From Methanocaldococcus jannaschii DSM 2661 (lineage in GTDB: Archaea; AGJL01; Methanococci; Methanococcales; Methanocaldococcaceae): 32,000 nucleotides of DNA. The notes below the pieces were generated by a model. It was not told the DNA's origin and did no database searches. It saw only the letters and a list, made by a program, of their open reading frames with translations. Made by a program: the position numbers and the translations under genes. How positions within the stretch are numbered: the stretch's first letter is position 1; the number at the start of each line of letters is the position of its first letter. Location of the stretch: contig NC_000909.1 of assembly GCF_000091665.1 (NCBI RefSeq), forward strand, positions 1,339,460-1,371,459, written 5' to 3'. This document shows, one piece after another, positions 8,243-18,718 of the stretch.

Positions 8243-11200
8243 ATGAAATCCTATTTAAAGAATATTTCAATATTTGTATTCACTATTTTATTGCTTTCAA
8301 ACGTGAGTTTAGGTTTAAATGTATCAACAACAAACAACAACAGTAATTTTGAATTAAATAATTCATTGATATATAAGTTAAACAATTCCTTAACAAACAC
8401 CACTAATAATAGTGGTAGCATAATAATCAATAATACAACAGATACAAACAAAGAAAAAAATGAGTGTTATTTAAACATTACTATTAATGGTTATAGAGTT
8501 ATAGTAAAAACTAATGGAGAAGTTTTTGGATTTGCAAATAAAACGCCCTTAAAGTTTATCAAAATAGGTGATAACGAATATATAATCTCTCCAATAGTTT
8601 TAAATGTTCCAATAGAAATTTACTCAAAATTCAATGATAAAATATTACATAGAACAGTTATTTTAAATTACACAAAACCAGAAAAAGAAAAAAAAGAAAC
8701 AAACATAAAAAAAGAAGAATTACATTATCTAAATGTCTCATTCAACAATTTTAAGTTGATTGTTAAAACAAATGGGAAACCCTATGCTAAATATTTAGAC
8801 CTCAATATAAAAGTTAAGACTAAAAAAATAAAAAAACATGAATACTTGGTATATCCTCTAATTCTAAATAAAACAATCATTATTTATGCAAAATTCAAAA
8901 ATGAGACATTGAATAGAACAATATTTTTAAATTACTCTATCGAGGAAAATACGACAACGAATAAAACCGTTATATTGAAAAACGTTTATTTCCCATCAGA
9001 AAAAATAGTTATAAAAACAAATTTTAAGCCACATACTGCATATATTGTAACCCCTAACAATAAAATAATACATCTAAAAGTTCATAAAAAAGGGAAGTTT
9101 TATATCTTATCCACAAAACTAAAAAAGAATGTTATATTAGGAAATTACTCAGTAGTTGTTGATGGGATTAAAAAAACCTTTGCTGTAGATTATTACAAAA
9201 TTAATGCAAAATTGATAGATAATAGATTTATCGTTGGAAACGTATCCTACTATGTTAAAGAACCGAAGTTTATAACTTGCATTGTAGATAAAAAAGAAAT
9301 TAATATTTCACTAATAAATGGGGCCTTTGAAATTCCTTTAGATTATTTAATACCCAAGTTAAATATCTCAAAACCAGAAAAAATTAAAAAAATAATTTTA
9401 ATTTGTGGAAATGCAAAAGAAAAGATAAAAGTTAAATTCAAAAATAAAGAAGAAATTAAAAAGCTAATTTCCTATGACCCAGTCAATAAGGAGATAATTA
9501 TTAAACTTGAAGGTAGTGAAAAAGAGATTAAGAAGTTATTGAAAAGATACGAAAAAAGAAAAAAATACAAGATTTCAAAAATAGTAAAGATTTACAATTA
9601 TAGTATTGTAGAAATCAAACTTAAAGCAGATAAAGAAATTCTAAAAGATTACAACTTACCTGAAAATATTCTAAATACAACTGAGATAGTGAAAAAAATA
9701 AGCAGTAATAAAATTAGAGTTGAAGTTAATAATAAAGTAGATGGGGTTTGGTATAGATTCAGCTGTAAGATTCCAAAAGGTTATAGGGTTAAAGAAATTG
9801 TTGGAGATGATGGAAGAGTAATAAGAAATAACATTTCAATAAATAGATTAACAGGAGAGGTTATTGGAGAAGTAAGATGGTATATTGAAAATAACACACT
9901 ATACTTCTACGACGATCCTATTTATGGATATGATATATCTTTAATTCCTCCAGCTCCAAATCATTCAATAGCTGTTGAATTATCTTATAATGGGCAAGAT
10001 TATGGTGGTTGTGGGCAGATTTCAGCAATTGTCTTTCCATATAATAAGGAGGATGATGAAACTACCGTGGCTACTTATGACCATGCAGGGAGGACTGGAG
10101 ATTACAATTATGCAAATAATATTGATGCTTACGCTGGTTCAAAAATAGCGATAAAATATACAAGTGGAGCATTAACAAGACAGTATGGGGTTTTAGGAAC
10201 TGCAGGTAGTTTGGGATGGTGGACATATTATTACCTATCTGAAATAAATAGGACAGATATTCCTTTAAATACCGTTCCAAATGGGATTTTAGAGAGTGTA
10301 ATTATAACAGATATGTATGCTCCTTGGAATAATAATGAGCTAAATATTACTCAAAAGGTTATTATTAGAGGAAATAATAAATGGTTTGCTACCATATACT
10401 ACATAAAAAATCCAACCACAAAAACATATACAAATTTAAAGTTTTTCCAAGGGATGGATTGGAATTTTAGAGGAAGCTGGTGGGGAGATGATGCATACTA
10501 TAATAGTATTGATGATGTTGTGTATGGCTACGATTCTAACGCACCTGTTGGGGATATACAATACGGAGGTTTTAAATCAAATATCCCAAGTTACGAACAT
10601 GATGTTAATTTGTACTGGAGTACGTGGTCTGATATTAGATATGATAATTTAAATAATGATTCATCATATGAGGGTGATGCAGGGACAGCATTAGCATGGA
10701 CTAAAGATTCATTAAAACCTGGCGAAATTTGGGTAGTGCCAATAATTTGGGGGTTAGGTTATAACTATACAGACATGATGAACGAAATAAATATGGGTTT
10801 AAGCCAGTTATATGATACTGGAGTTAAAAGTATAGATTACCCAAACAATGGAGACAGCTTTAACCCAAATATTGGCCCAATAATATACATAAATTCAACA
10901 ATTGCCTTATATGGATTGGTAGATGCATACAACTTGAATGTGTCAATTAATATAACACAGATAAATGGAACTTATATTTATACAAACTCAACTTTAATAA
11001 ACCTCTCAGTTCCTTATGAAGAAGAAAAACTCGTGAGCTTTCCAGTAAACATCTCAAATATGCCTTATGGAGCCTACAATATAACAATAAAGACAAATCT
11101 TCCAAATGACCAGAATACATCAAACGATGAAAAAAGCATTATAATCTATATAACATCATTTTCAGTCCAACCAAATTATCAGGAAAAGACTGGAAATGTT

Positions 11201-14200
11201 GGAGAAGAGATATTTTACAATATAACATTATATAACTTTGGAGTTGGAGGAAGATTTGATATAAATATAACCTACTTAACGAAAGGATGGACAACGAAAA
11301 TATACAACAACTCCATTTTAATAGCTGAAGATGCCAATGGGGATGGAATCTGGGATTATATAAACCCAAATTATGATTTAAACTCAAATAATTTGCCAGA
11401 TATCTATGTGCCAACTGGAGAGATAAATTTAACTGTCTCAAAGACAATTCCTTCAACAGCCCCATTAGGAGAGATTGATACAACTACATTAAAATTTGTT
11501 AATATAAATAATCCATCAATATTTGGAAAAACAACATTCCAGACATCAACACCATATCCTCCTTCAGTTCAAAAAACTTTCTATTTACATGGAGATACTT
11601 TAAGAACTCTAAATACTTCAATACCTACAACAATTAACAACTACACAACAATTAATAGCAATTCATTAGCTTCATGGATACAATATCCAAGATTCGCAGA
11701 CAACTTTACAGTTGTAGGAAAAATTCCAATTTTGCTTTATATAAATGACCCAAACGTTATATTTGGAACTGAAATGCATAAAATTGTTGTTTCGTTAATG
11801 GCCACAAATGGAATTGATTCCTTTACTTTAGGAAGTGATGTTGAGTATCTATACTTAGATGATACTATAAAATCTTACATTTTCAATATAACCTTAGATT
11901 CAATAATTACAATACCCAAAAACTACTATTTGGTTTTGAGAGTGGAAAATCAAATATCTTCTAACTCAATAAACATCTATCATAATTCAACATATCCATC
12001 CAATATAACGCTAAACACTACGACTTATGTTAATGTTTATAACATATTTTCAGATAAAAACGTTTATCTTCCAAATGAAAATGTTACAATATTTGCAAAT
12101 ATTACAGACCCTATTGGTTCTTACGATATAAGCGGGGCAAATATAACTGTGTATTATCCAAACGGTAGTGTATATATCAACTCTTCAATGCTACTACAGG
12201 AAATAGATAAAAACTCCCCATCACTTTGGAAGCTCTATAATTACTCATTTAGCCTCCCAGAGTCAGGAAAATATCTTATTACAATAACTGGAATCGAATC
12301 TAATGGTGTAATTTCGAAGAAAAACTATACCATATACTGCGGATATGAAATTCAGGGCTATGTAAAAGAGGACTTTGGAACCCTTGGAAAAGAAGATAGT
12401 GAAGATAAAGGAATTTATGGGGTTAATGTATCTCTACTTGAAGACAGCAATAATGATGGTATTCCAGATATTGGAGATACCATAGTAAATTCAACAACAA
12501 CAGATATTTTTGGTCATTATTCCTTCTTAGTTTATAACTCCTCAAAAACTTACTTTGTGGTAGTGAATTCAAGAACTGTAGGAACTACAAGAGGTTTAAA
12601 CCCTCAATATAGCAAAAATGACATCTGGGCTGAAGAAACATATCAAACAGTATATACTCCAATAAACTCTTCTCAATGGATTGCCAACGGAAATGCTTCA
12701 ATATTCCCAGATAAGCTTCTATTAACAACAGATGATTATGGTGAAGCAGGTAGTGTTTGGTATTACAAGCCGGTTAATCTATCTGAGGATTTGGTTGTTG
12801 AGTTTTATGCGTATTTGGGAGACAATCCTGATGGAGCAGATGGTATAACCTTTACCTTGCAATCGTTGGGAACTAACGAATTAGGTGGAACTGGAGGAGA
12901 TTTGGGTTATGGTGGAATTTCTCCGAGTGTAGCGGTTGAAGTTGATACTTGGCTCAACGATTTTGATGCTCCAGCAACAACCGACCATATTGCAATAGAT
13001 GTTAACGGCAACATAAACCACACTTACAACTCCTTAACTTACCCAACACCAAACCCTTACGATTTAGGTAATGTTGAGGATGGAAGAGAACACTTAATAA
13101 AAATCGTATGGAATGCAACAACAAAAACACTCCAAGTATATTTCGATGGCAATTTATCATTAACATGGAATAAGGATATAACCCAAATTATAGGAAACTC
13201 AGCTTACTTCGGATTCACAGGAGGAACGGGAGGAGCAAAAAATCTCCAGTATGTTAAGCCAATATACGTAAAAAATGGGGATGGGTATATAATAAATCCA
13301 ACTTATGGAGTAGTTGAGATGTTTGGAGGAAGAGACCCTAATGAAGAAGATAATTGGGAAGATGGAAAATATGAACACTACTGTTTGATAAATCTAAATT
13401 CATATAGTGGGAAAAATATAACATTTGGATTCAGCTTTGATGTAATAACAAATACGAAATCTACGGGGCAGGGTAGTTTTTCCCAATTTATAAAAAATGC
13501 AAATGCAATTTATGGGAAAGATGAGAGTTATTTCAGAATACCAAATATCGACGCAAAGAATGGAAATCACTACATTTATACAAGTGGAAATAAAATATTA
13601 GACAATTTGACTATTGTCAATGGTTCAACTCAGATTAATGGAACCATCATTTTATCAGGATTACAATGGATAGCTAACGGTAACGCATACATAAATAATT
13701 CAAATAATCTAACTTTGATACTAACGCCTGATGACTACAACCAAAAAGGTAGTGTTTGGTATTACAAGCCGGTTAATCTATCTGAGGATTTGGTTGTTGA
13801 GTTTTATGCGTATTTGGGAGACAATCCTGATGGAGCAGATGGTATAACCTTTACCTTGCAATCGTTGGGGACTAACGAATTAGGTGGAACTGGAGGAGAT
13901 TTGGGTTATGGTGGAATTTCTCCGAGTGTAGCGGTGGAGGTTGATACTTGGCTTAACGATTTTGACAGCCCAGCAACAACCGACCATATTGCAATAGATG
14001 TTGATGGGAACTTAAATCACACTTACAACTCCTTAACTTACTCAACACCAAACCCATACGATTTAGGTAATGTTGAGGATGGAAGAGAACACTTAATAAA
14101 AATCGTATGGAATGCAACAACAAAAACACTCCAAGTATATTTCGATGGCAATTTAGCATTAACATGGAATAAAGACATAACCCAAATTATAGGAAACTCA

Positions 14201-16927
14201 ACTTATTTCGGATTCACAGGAGGAACAGGAGGAGCAAAAAACCTACAATACGTTAAGCCAACATATGTGAAAAATGGGGATAATGTTTTAAATCTCGAAG
14301 AAATATCTCCAAATCCAATTATTGACAATGTGGGGGCTGATACATACATTGGAAATATATTCTTTGAAAATGTCAGTGTTGGAATATTAGGAAATGAAAC
14401 TGGGCTAAATAATTTAACATTAAAGAGTTGTGGAATTTATGGAAAAATATTAAATGCAGGGGTTAAGTTAGTTGATTATGATTGGAGTTTGCAGAATTAT
14501 CCATTGTATATTGACAATTTAACAATAAACGCCTCTGGAGGATATGGAATTTCAATGTTGAACAAAATATGGGCTATGTTGTATAACTCTCAAATATCTT
14601 TAAAAAACGGTGTAGGGATTTATTGGGCAAACTGGGCTGGTGGTTTTGGAAACATAACAATCTATAATATAACTATAAGCTCATGTAATCAAGGATTGGT
14701 TTTATATAAAGATGGAAATGGAATAAAACTAATAAACTCTCAGATTAAGAATTCCGTTTATGAGGGAGTGTATTCAAAGAACTCAACTTTAGAAATACTT
14801 AACTCTTCAATAATTAATAACTCTATTGGAATCTATGCAAATATATCAAGCATATTGGTGAATAATTCCCTTATATATAAAAATAGATATGAAGGTTTAT
14901 TATTAGAGAATTCATCCTCCTCAATATTGAATTCAAATATAATGAACAATAGCATAGGAATATATTTAAAAGAAAACTACATCTCAAAAATTCAAAAATC
15001 GAATATTTCATATAATGCCTATGGAATTGAAATAGTTAATTCATCTAACGTATATATAAATTCATCAAATATATTTAATGCAAGCACAGATGGAATTGCA
15101 ATATTTAATGGAGAAAATGTAAGTGTTGAAAACTCTCTATTGTATAATAACAATTACTCAATACTCTCTTATGGTAATTTATCAAACCTCAGTGTGTTGA
15201 ATTCATTATTAAGAGATTCAATAAACAACAGTATTGATATTGAAGTCCCTTCTGATGGATTTTTGAATAATTTAAAACTTTATAACTCAAGTGTATTAAA
15301 CAGCGGAAGCTATGGGTTGTTTATCTATTCGTTGGGAAGTGCTTCAAATGTAAATATATCCAAATCACTAATAAACGGCTCCTACAAAGATGGAATTTAC
15401 ATCTATGGAGTAAATGCTATAAACATAGTTAATAATAACATAACCAATAACGGTTTGATTGGAGGAGACCCAGCAGGAAGTGGAATAAAAATCAGTGGAA
15501 ACTATACCAAGGGAGTTTTAATTTTAAATAACAATATATCTCACAACTTGGGTAATGGTATTTCTTTAGAAGGGTTGTGGAGCAGAACATTATGTGATGT
15601 TAAAGTTGAAAACAACATAATTTCAAATAATGGTATTGAAGAAAATAGCGGTAATGGAATATACATAGGAGGAAGAGTTGAGAATGTCTCTATATTTAAT
15701 AACACGATTCAATACAGCGATGCTCAGGCAATTTTAATTCAAGAGGCAAATGGATGGAATTCTTGGGATTGGATTGGAACAAATATATCCATTATAAACA
15801 ACACAATTCAATACAATGGATTAACTGTCACAATAGGAAATATAACCGCAGGAATAACTGTTGGGGCTTATGGAGTTTATAATCAAGATAATGGATATAT
15901 AATAATAGAGGGTAATAAAATAATAAACAACAATCTCTGTCCAAATCCAACTTATGGTGGAAAAGTTGGAGGAATTGAGGTTTATGGGTTAAATGAGAGT
16001 TGGATTAGCTTAGAATTTAATATCTCAAAGAATATCATAGCAAACAACTCTGCCTATGGAATTTTAATAGGGGCAAGCAAAGACATCAACATAATTAATA
16101 ACACAATCTTCAACAATGAAAAGGGAATTACAATTCCAAACTGGGATTTTGTTCCTTACAATATAATAATCTCCAAAAACTCAATTTACAACAACTCTCT
16201 ACTCGGAATTGACTTAGATGATGATAATGTAACTCTAAATGATGGGCTATTGAACTATAATGAAGCAAATCATGGTATTGACTATCCAATAATTACCTAT
16301 GCTGAGTTAAACGGAGATAACTTAACAGTTAAAGGATACATTGGAAATGGAACTGGCAGTTCAAACTTTGCAAATGCGGTAGTTGAGATTTATTTAGTTA
16401 AAAATTTAAGTGGCGGAGATAATTTAATAGGAAATAATATTTCTTCAGATGGCACTGTATTGAATGATACCTATGGAGAAAGTTGGATTTATTTGGGAAG
16501 TTTGATTGCTGATAGTAATGGATTTTTCAGTGGAACAATAAATGTTTCTGGAAAAGGGGTTGGAGATGAATCTTTACTAACTGCAACAGCAACGATAAAA
16601 GGTATTGGAACATCAGAATTTGGAAGAAACTATCTCTTAATTAAAAAGTTCTTCAACATAACTGGAACTATAGTAATGCTTCCAAACGGCTACAACATAA
16701 CAATAAAATCATATAATACAACAAGAGATGTTTATGTTTATTGGTATAAGCCAGATAATATTGAAGTAATCAATATTTCAGGGGATTATGATGAAAATGG
16801 AACCTATGGAAACACCTACTGGTTTAAATTTAATGTGATAAATGCAAATGAGACAATGAACATATCAATAACAACCAATATAACAACAGTTGAGGGACTT
16901 ATTATCGGTATTGACCCAAAAAAATAA
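8243..16927 (+). CDS. Giant (2894 aa) secreted multidomain surface protein/adhesin with tandem N-terminal modules, CARDB-like and Cna-B-like folds, two L-type lectin domains and a long right-handed beta-helix (MJ1396-like)
   Basis: Single uninterrupted ORF. Domains read by motif:
- Signal peptide MKSYLKNISIFVFTILLLSNVSLG.
- Repeated ~85-aa modules at ~8468-8700 and ~8725-8950 (YLN[IV][TS].N...[VI]VKTNG...NRT[VI].LNY).
- CARDB-like segment at ~10900-11160 (ends NDQNTSNDEKSIIIYI).
- Cna-B/SdrD-B-like segment at ~12344-12600 (YEIQGYV...GIYGVNVSL...TTTDIFGHYSF).
- Two legume-lectin-like domains (ADGITF, VAVEVDTW, DHIAIDVNG, YFGFTGGTGG).
- Dozens of PbH1-type beta-helix turns at ~14300-16200 (N.I..N...GI...S.N..I.NN).
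- The protein ends LIIGIDPKK with no TM anchor. Confidence 0.9.
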   Translation: MKSYLKNISIFVFTILLLSNVSLGLNVSTTNNNSNFELNNSLIYKLNNSLTNTTNNSGSIIINNTTDTNKEKNECYLNITINGYRVIVKTNGEVFGFANKTPLKFIKIGDNEYIISPIVLNVPIEIYSKFNDKILHRTVILNYTKPEKEKKETNIKKEELHYLNVSFNNFKLIVKTNGKPYAKYLDLNIKVKTKKIKKHEYLVYPLILNKTIIIYAKFKNETLNRTIFLNYSIEENTTTNKTVILKNVYFPSEKIVIKTNFKPHTAYIVTPNNKIIHLKVHKKGKFYILSTKLKKNVILGNYSVVVDGIKKTFAVDYYKINAKLIDNRFIVGNVSYYVKEPKFITCIVDKKEINISLINGAFEIPLDYLIPKLNISKPEKIKKIILICGNAKEKIKVKFKNKEEIKKLISYDPVNKEIIIKLEGSEKEIKKLLKRYEKRKKYKISKIVKIYNYSIVEIKLKADKEILKDYNLPENILNTTEIVKKISSNKIRVEVNNKVDGVWYRFSCKIPKGYRVKEIVGDDGRVIRNNISINRLTGEVIGEVRWYIENNTLYFYDDPIYGYDISLIPPAPNHSIAVELSYNGQDYGGCGQISAIVFPYNKEDDETTVATYDHAGRTGDYNYANNIDAYAGSKIAIKYTSGALTRQYGVLGTAGSLGWWTYYYLSEINRTDIPLNTVPNGILESVIITDMYAPWNNNELNITQKVIIRGNNKWFATIYYIKNPTTKTYTNLKFFQGMDWNFRGSWWGDDAYYNSIDDVVYGYDSNAPVGDIQYGGFKSNIPSYEHDVNLYWSTWSDIRYDNLNNDSSYEGDAGTALAWTKDSLKPGEIWVVPIIWGLGYNYTDMMNEINMGLSQLYDTGVKSIDYPNNGDSFNPNIGPIIYINSTIALYGLVDAYNLNVSINITQINGTYIYTNSTLINLSVPYEEEKLVSFPVNISNMPYGAYNITIKTNLPNDQNTSNDEKSIIIYITSFSVQPNYQEKTGNVGEEIFYNITLYNFGVGGRFDINITYLTKGWTTKIYNNSILIAEDANGDGIWDYINPNYDLNSNNLPDIYVPTGEINLTVSKTIPSTAPLGEIDTTTLKFVNINNPSIFGKTTFQTSTPYPPSVQKTFYLHGDTLRTLNTSIPTTINNYTTINSNSLASWIQYPRFADNFTVVGKIPILLYINDPNVIFGTEMHKIVVSLMATNGIDSFTLGSDVEYLYLDDTIKSYIFNITLDSIITIPKNYYLVLRVENQISSNSINIYHNSTYPSNITLNTTTYVNVYNIFSDKNVYLPNENVTIFANITDPIGSYDISGANITVYYPNGSVYINSSMLLQEIDKNSPSLWKLYNYSFSLPESGKYLITITGIESNGVISKKNYTIYCGYEIQGYVKEDFGTLGKEDSEDKGIYGVNVSLLEDSNNDGIPDIGDTIVNSTTTDIFGHYSFLVYNSSKTYFVVVNSRTVGTTRGLNPQYSKNDIWAEETYQTVYTPINSSQWIANGNASIFPDKLLLTTDDYGEAGSVWYYKPVNLSEDLVVEFYAYLGDNPDGADGITFTLQSLGTNELGGTGGDLGYGGISPSVAVEVDTWLNDFDAPATTDHIAIDVNGNINHTYNSLTYPTPNPYDLGNVEDGREHLIKIVWNATTKTLQVYFDGNLSLTWNKDITQIIGNSAYFGFTGGTGGAKNLQYVKPIYVKNGDGYIINPTYGVVEMFGGRDPNEEDNWEDGKYEHYCLINLNSYSGKNITFGFSFDVITNTKSTGQGSFSQFIKNANAIYGKDESYFRIPNIDAKNGNHYIYTSGNKILDNLTIVNGSTQINGTIILSGLQWIANGNAYINNSNNLTLILTPDDYNQKGSVWYYKPVNLSEDLVVEFYAYLGDNPDGADGITFTLQSLGTNELGGTGGDLGYGGISPSVAVEVDTWLNDFDSPATTDHIAIDVDGNLNHTYNSLTYSTPNPYDLGNVEDGREHLIKIVWNATTKTLQVYFDGNLALTWNKDITQIIGNSTYFGFTGGTGGAKNLQYVKPTYVKNGDNVLNLEEISPNPIIDNVGADTYIGNIFFENVSVGILGNETGLNNLTLKSCGIYGKILNAGVKLVDYDWSLQNYPLYIDNLTINASGGYGISMLNKIWAMLYNSQISLKNGVGIYWANWAGGFGNITIYNITISSCNQGLVLYKDGNGIKLINSQIKNSVYEGVYSKNSTLEILNSSIINNSIGIYANISSILVNNSLIYKNRYEGLLLENSSSSILNSNIMNNSIGIYLKENYISKIQKSNISYNAYGIEIVNSSNVYINSSNIFNASTDGIAIFNGENVSVENSLLYNNNYSILSYGNLSNLSVLNSLLRDSINNSIDIEVPSDGFLNNLKLYNSSVLNSGSYGLFIYSLGSASNVNISKSLINGSYKDGIYIYGVNAINIVNNNITNNGLIGGDPAGSGIKISGNYTKGVLILNNNISHNLGNGISLEGLWSRTLCDVKVENNIISNNGIEENSGNGIYIGGRVENVSIFNNTIQYSDAQAILIQEANGWNSWDWIGTNISIINNTIQYNGLTVTIGNITAGITVGAYGVYNQDNGYIIIEGNKIINNNLCPNPTYGGKVGGIEVYGLNESWISLEFNISKNIIANNSAYGILIGASKDINIINNTIFNNEKGITIPNWDFVPYNIIISKNSIYNNSLLGIDLDDDNVTLNDGLLNYNEANHGIDYPIITYAELNGDNLTVKGYIGNGTGSSNFANAVVEIYLVKNLSGGDNLIGNNISSDGTVLNDTYGESWIYLGSLIADSNGFFSGTINVSGKGVGDESLLTATATIKGIGTSEFGRNYLLIKKFFNITGTIVMLPNGYNITIKSYNTTRDVYVYWYKPDNIEVINISGDYDENGTYGNTYWFKFNVINANETMNISITTNITTVEGLIIGIDPKK
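12674..13282 (+). repeat. L-type lectin module, DNA copy 1
   Basis: Aligns with 13664-14281. The core 12749-13282 vs 13748-14281 (offset 999) shows only scattered substitutions, and the first ~118 nt of the core are identical. There are 7 aa differences in the 178-aa core. Confidence 0.9.
13664..14281 (+). repeat. L-type lectin module, DNA copy 2
   Basis: Same evidence as copy 1. The N-terminal edge of copy 2 is 9 nt longer, so the offset changes from 990 to 999. Confidence 0.9.
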
Positions 16928-16940
16928 TTCGTCAAAAAAT

Positions 16941-16961
16941 TGTTCTATAAATCTTAAATAC
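16941..16961 (+). promoter_or_regulatory. Shared promoter-region motif, copy 3 (TGTTCTATAAATcttaaATAC), 32 nt upstream of ATG 16993
   Basis: Lies in the 65-nt gap after the giant gene. It shares the 13-mer with copy 2 and has the same ATAC spacing in all three copies. Confidence 0.45.
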
Positions 16962-16983
16962 TTTAAAAAATAAAACCTAATAA

Positions 16984-18444
16984 TTGGGGACCATGAGATC
17001 GGTATATTTAATTATTATTATTATACTATTTTTTGCATTTATTTCTTTAAGTTTTGGGGAAATATATGAGTATAGGGGGGTTGTATTTTATCCAAATGGT
17101 TCTCAAACAGTTGATGTATCTAAGTTACATATAGATTATGAAAATCCCGATGCTTTTAGCATCTATATATCTTATAGAAACTCCTCCTTTTATCTTCCAT
17201 ATTCAAAAAATATAACTCTTAATCTCCCCCCAAAAAAATTTAACATATCCATAACTATATCTGCAAGTAGAATCAGCAGAGATGAATGGAGGGTATATTA
17301 TAAAATAATCAATAACTATCCCTACAGTATCTTATTTAACATATCTTTTCCAGGAGGATTTAACATTAAAAATGCATCAGTCTTAGTTCCTGCCAAGTCC
17401 TATAAAATAATAACTTTATCAAAAATACAAAATTCAAATATTTTATATTTCGGAGATAGCAATATAAGTTTTGAAGTACCCGCTAAATTGATGATAAGAT
17501 ATTCTCTGCCAATACCATTTTCCATAATAAAGTCAAATAAAATTTTAAGTAATGGTTCTATTGAATGGACAGCTATTTATATAATAAAAAATGATAAGAA
17601 TGTCTCTTTAAATGTAAATGCAAGCTATTGGGCTGTTGTTAATAATACAAAAATAGATTTTGGTAATTATTCCTATATTATAGAACCTAATGAGAATGTA
17701 TCACAGTCATTTAATATCACTTCAGATTATGTTCCTATTTTTTATCTTAAATTTTATGCATGGCGAGATGTTTATGAAACTATAAAAATAAAACCAGCAA
17801 TTAAGGTTGATAATTCATACATTATTGGAATAGGAAAAGTTGAAGGTTTAAGTTTTAACATTCCATATTATAACTATATGGAAAGAGAAATAAAAAAGAA
17901 AAAAGAAGAAAAGGAAAACGAAGAGTCATCTAAAACTATAAACCAAATGCAGAGACATAAAAAAGAAGAGAAGTCACAGACTCAGGAGACAAAAAAACCT
18001 TCTAAAAATGAGATGAATAAACAAGAGAAAGAAAGAAAGTACCCACTAATAATTGAAGAAAAATTTAAAAAAGTAGCTGCTGCTATAGCCACAGTTACAA
18101 CTACTTCAATAACTGCTATGTTGATTCCTCCAATATTTAGGAGACGTTCATATATTGTTGATAAAGGGATTTTCTCAATTAAAGACCTTGAACTACTAAG
18201 TGGCACAGTATATGTTCCAGAGGGTTGTAAGTTAGGAAATATATTACCTGGAGGTATAACTATTATTAAACTTACTGATGTAGAAAAAGACCTTGCAAGG
18301 GACTTACATGAAATTTATGATATTCCTCTAAATTCAGCAAAAGCCATTATACTGGGTGTTAAGTATGGAGGTAGAGTATTTTTAAGTGATAAAAAGGCGT
18401 ATGATGTGGCAGTTGAAATAGGACTTGAAGCATATCTTTTTTAA
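16984..18444 (+). CDS. Single-pass membrane protein: signal peptide, sequon-rich ectodomain, K/E-rich linker, TM helix, ~100-aa cytoplasmic domain of unknown function (MJ1397-like)
   Basis: The ORF track starts at TTG 16984; ATG 16993 (MRSVYLIIIIILFFAFISLSFG) is more likely. The K/E-rich stretch is REIKKKKEEKENEE...KQEKERK. The TM helix VAAAIATVTTTSITAMLIPPIF is followed by RRRS (about 18072-18150). The C-terminal domain is YIVDKGIFSIKDLELL...VAVEIGLEAYLF. Confidence 0.8.
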   Translation: MGTMRSVYLIIIIILFFAFISLSFGEIYEYRGVVFYPNGSQTVDVSKLHIDYENPDAFSIYISYRNSSFYLPYSKNITLNLPPKKFNISITISASRISRDEWRVYYKIINNYPYSILFNISFPGGFNIKNASVLVPAKSYKIITLSKIQNSNILYFGDSNISFEVPAKLMIRYSLPIPFSIIKSNKILSNGSIEWTAIYIIKNDKNVSLNVNASYWAVVNNTKIDFGNYSYIIEPNENVSQSFNITSDYVPIFYLKFYAWRDVYETIKIKPAIKVDNSYIIGIGKVEGLSFNIPYYNYMEREIKKKKEEKENEESSKTINQMQRHKKEEKSQTQETKKPSKNEMNKQEKERKYPLIIEEKFKKVAAAIATVTTTSITAMLIPPIFRRRSYIVDKGIFSIKDLELLSGTVYVPEGCKLGNILPGGITIIKLTDVEKDLARDLHEIYDIPLNSAKAIILGVKYGGRVFLSDKKAYDVAVEIGLEAYLF

Positions 18445-18450
18445 ATAGAG

Positions 18451-18711
18451 GTGAAGTATGTGGTAGAAGAAAACAATAAAGAAATATTAATAAAATTGAA
18501 GAAAATTAGAAAAATGCAAAGGAGAAGAACGCTCATTGGTTCATTTTTAGTCTCAACATCCATAATAATTTCTGAAATTTCAGTGTTTATATTTGTTGGT
18601 GTTTTTAATATAGACATAAGCTTTGGATTGTTATTATTGTTTATTTCGTTAATTTTTTTATCGTTAGGGCTCTATTTAATCATGTATCCTCCACCTATAG
18701 TCATAGATTAG
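18451..18711 (+). CDS. Small two-TM membrane protein, translationally coupled between the flanking genes
   Basis: 86 codons from GTG 18451, which lies 6 nt after the previous stop and inside a GAGGTGA that could instead be the RBS. An alternative ATG at 18514 gives MQRRRTLIGSF.... Two hydrophobic helices. The next gene starts 7 nt after its stop. Confidence 0.55.
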   Translation: MKYVVEENNKEILIKLKKIRKMQRRRTLIGSFLVSTSIIISEISVFIFVGVFNIDISFGLLLLFISLIFLSLGLYLIMYPPPIVID

Positions 18712-18718
18712 TGAAATC

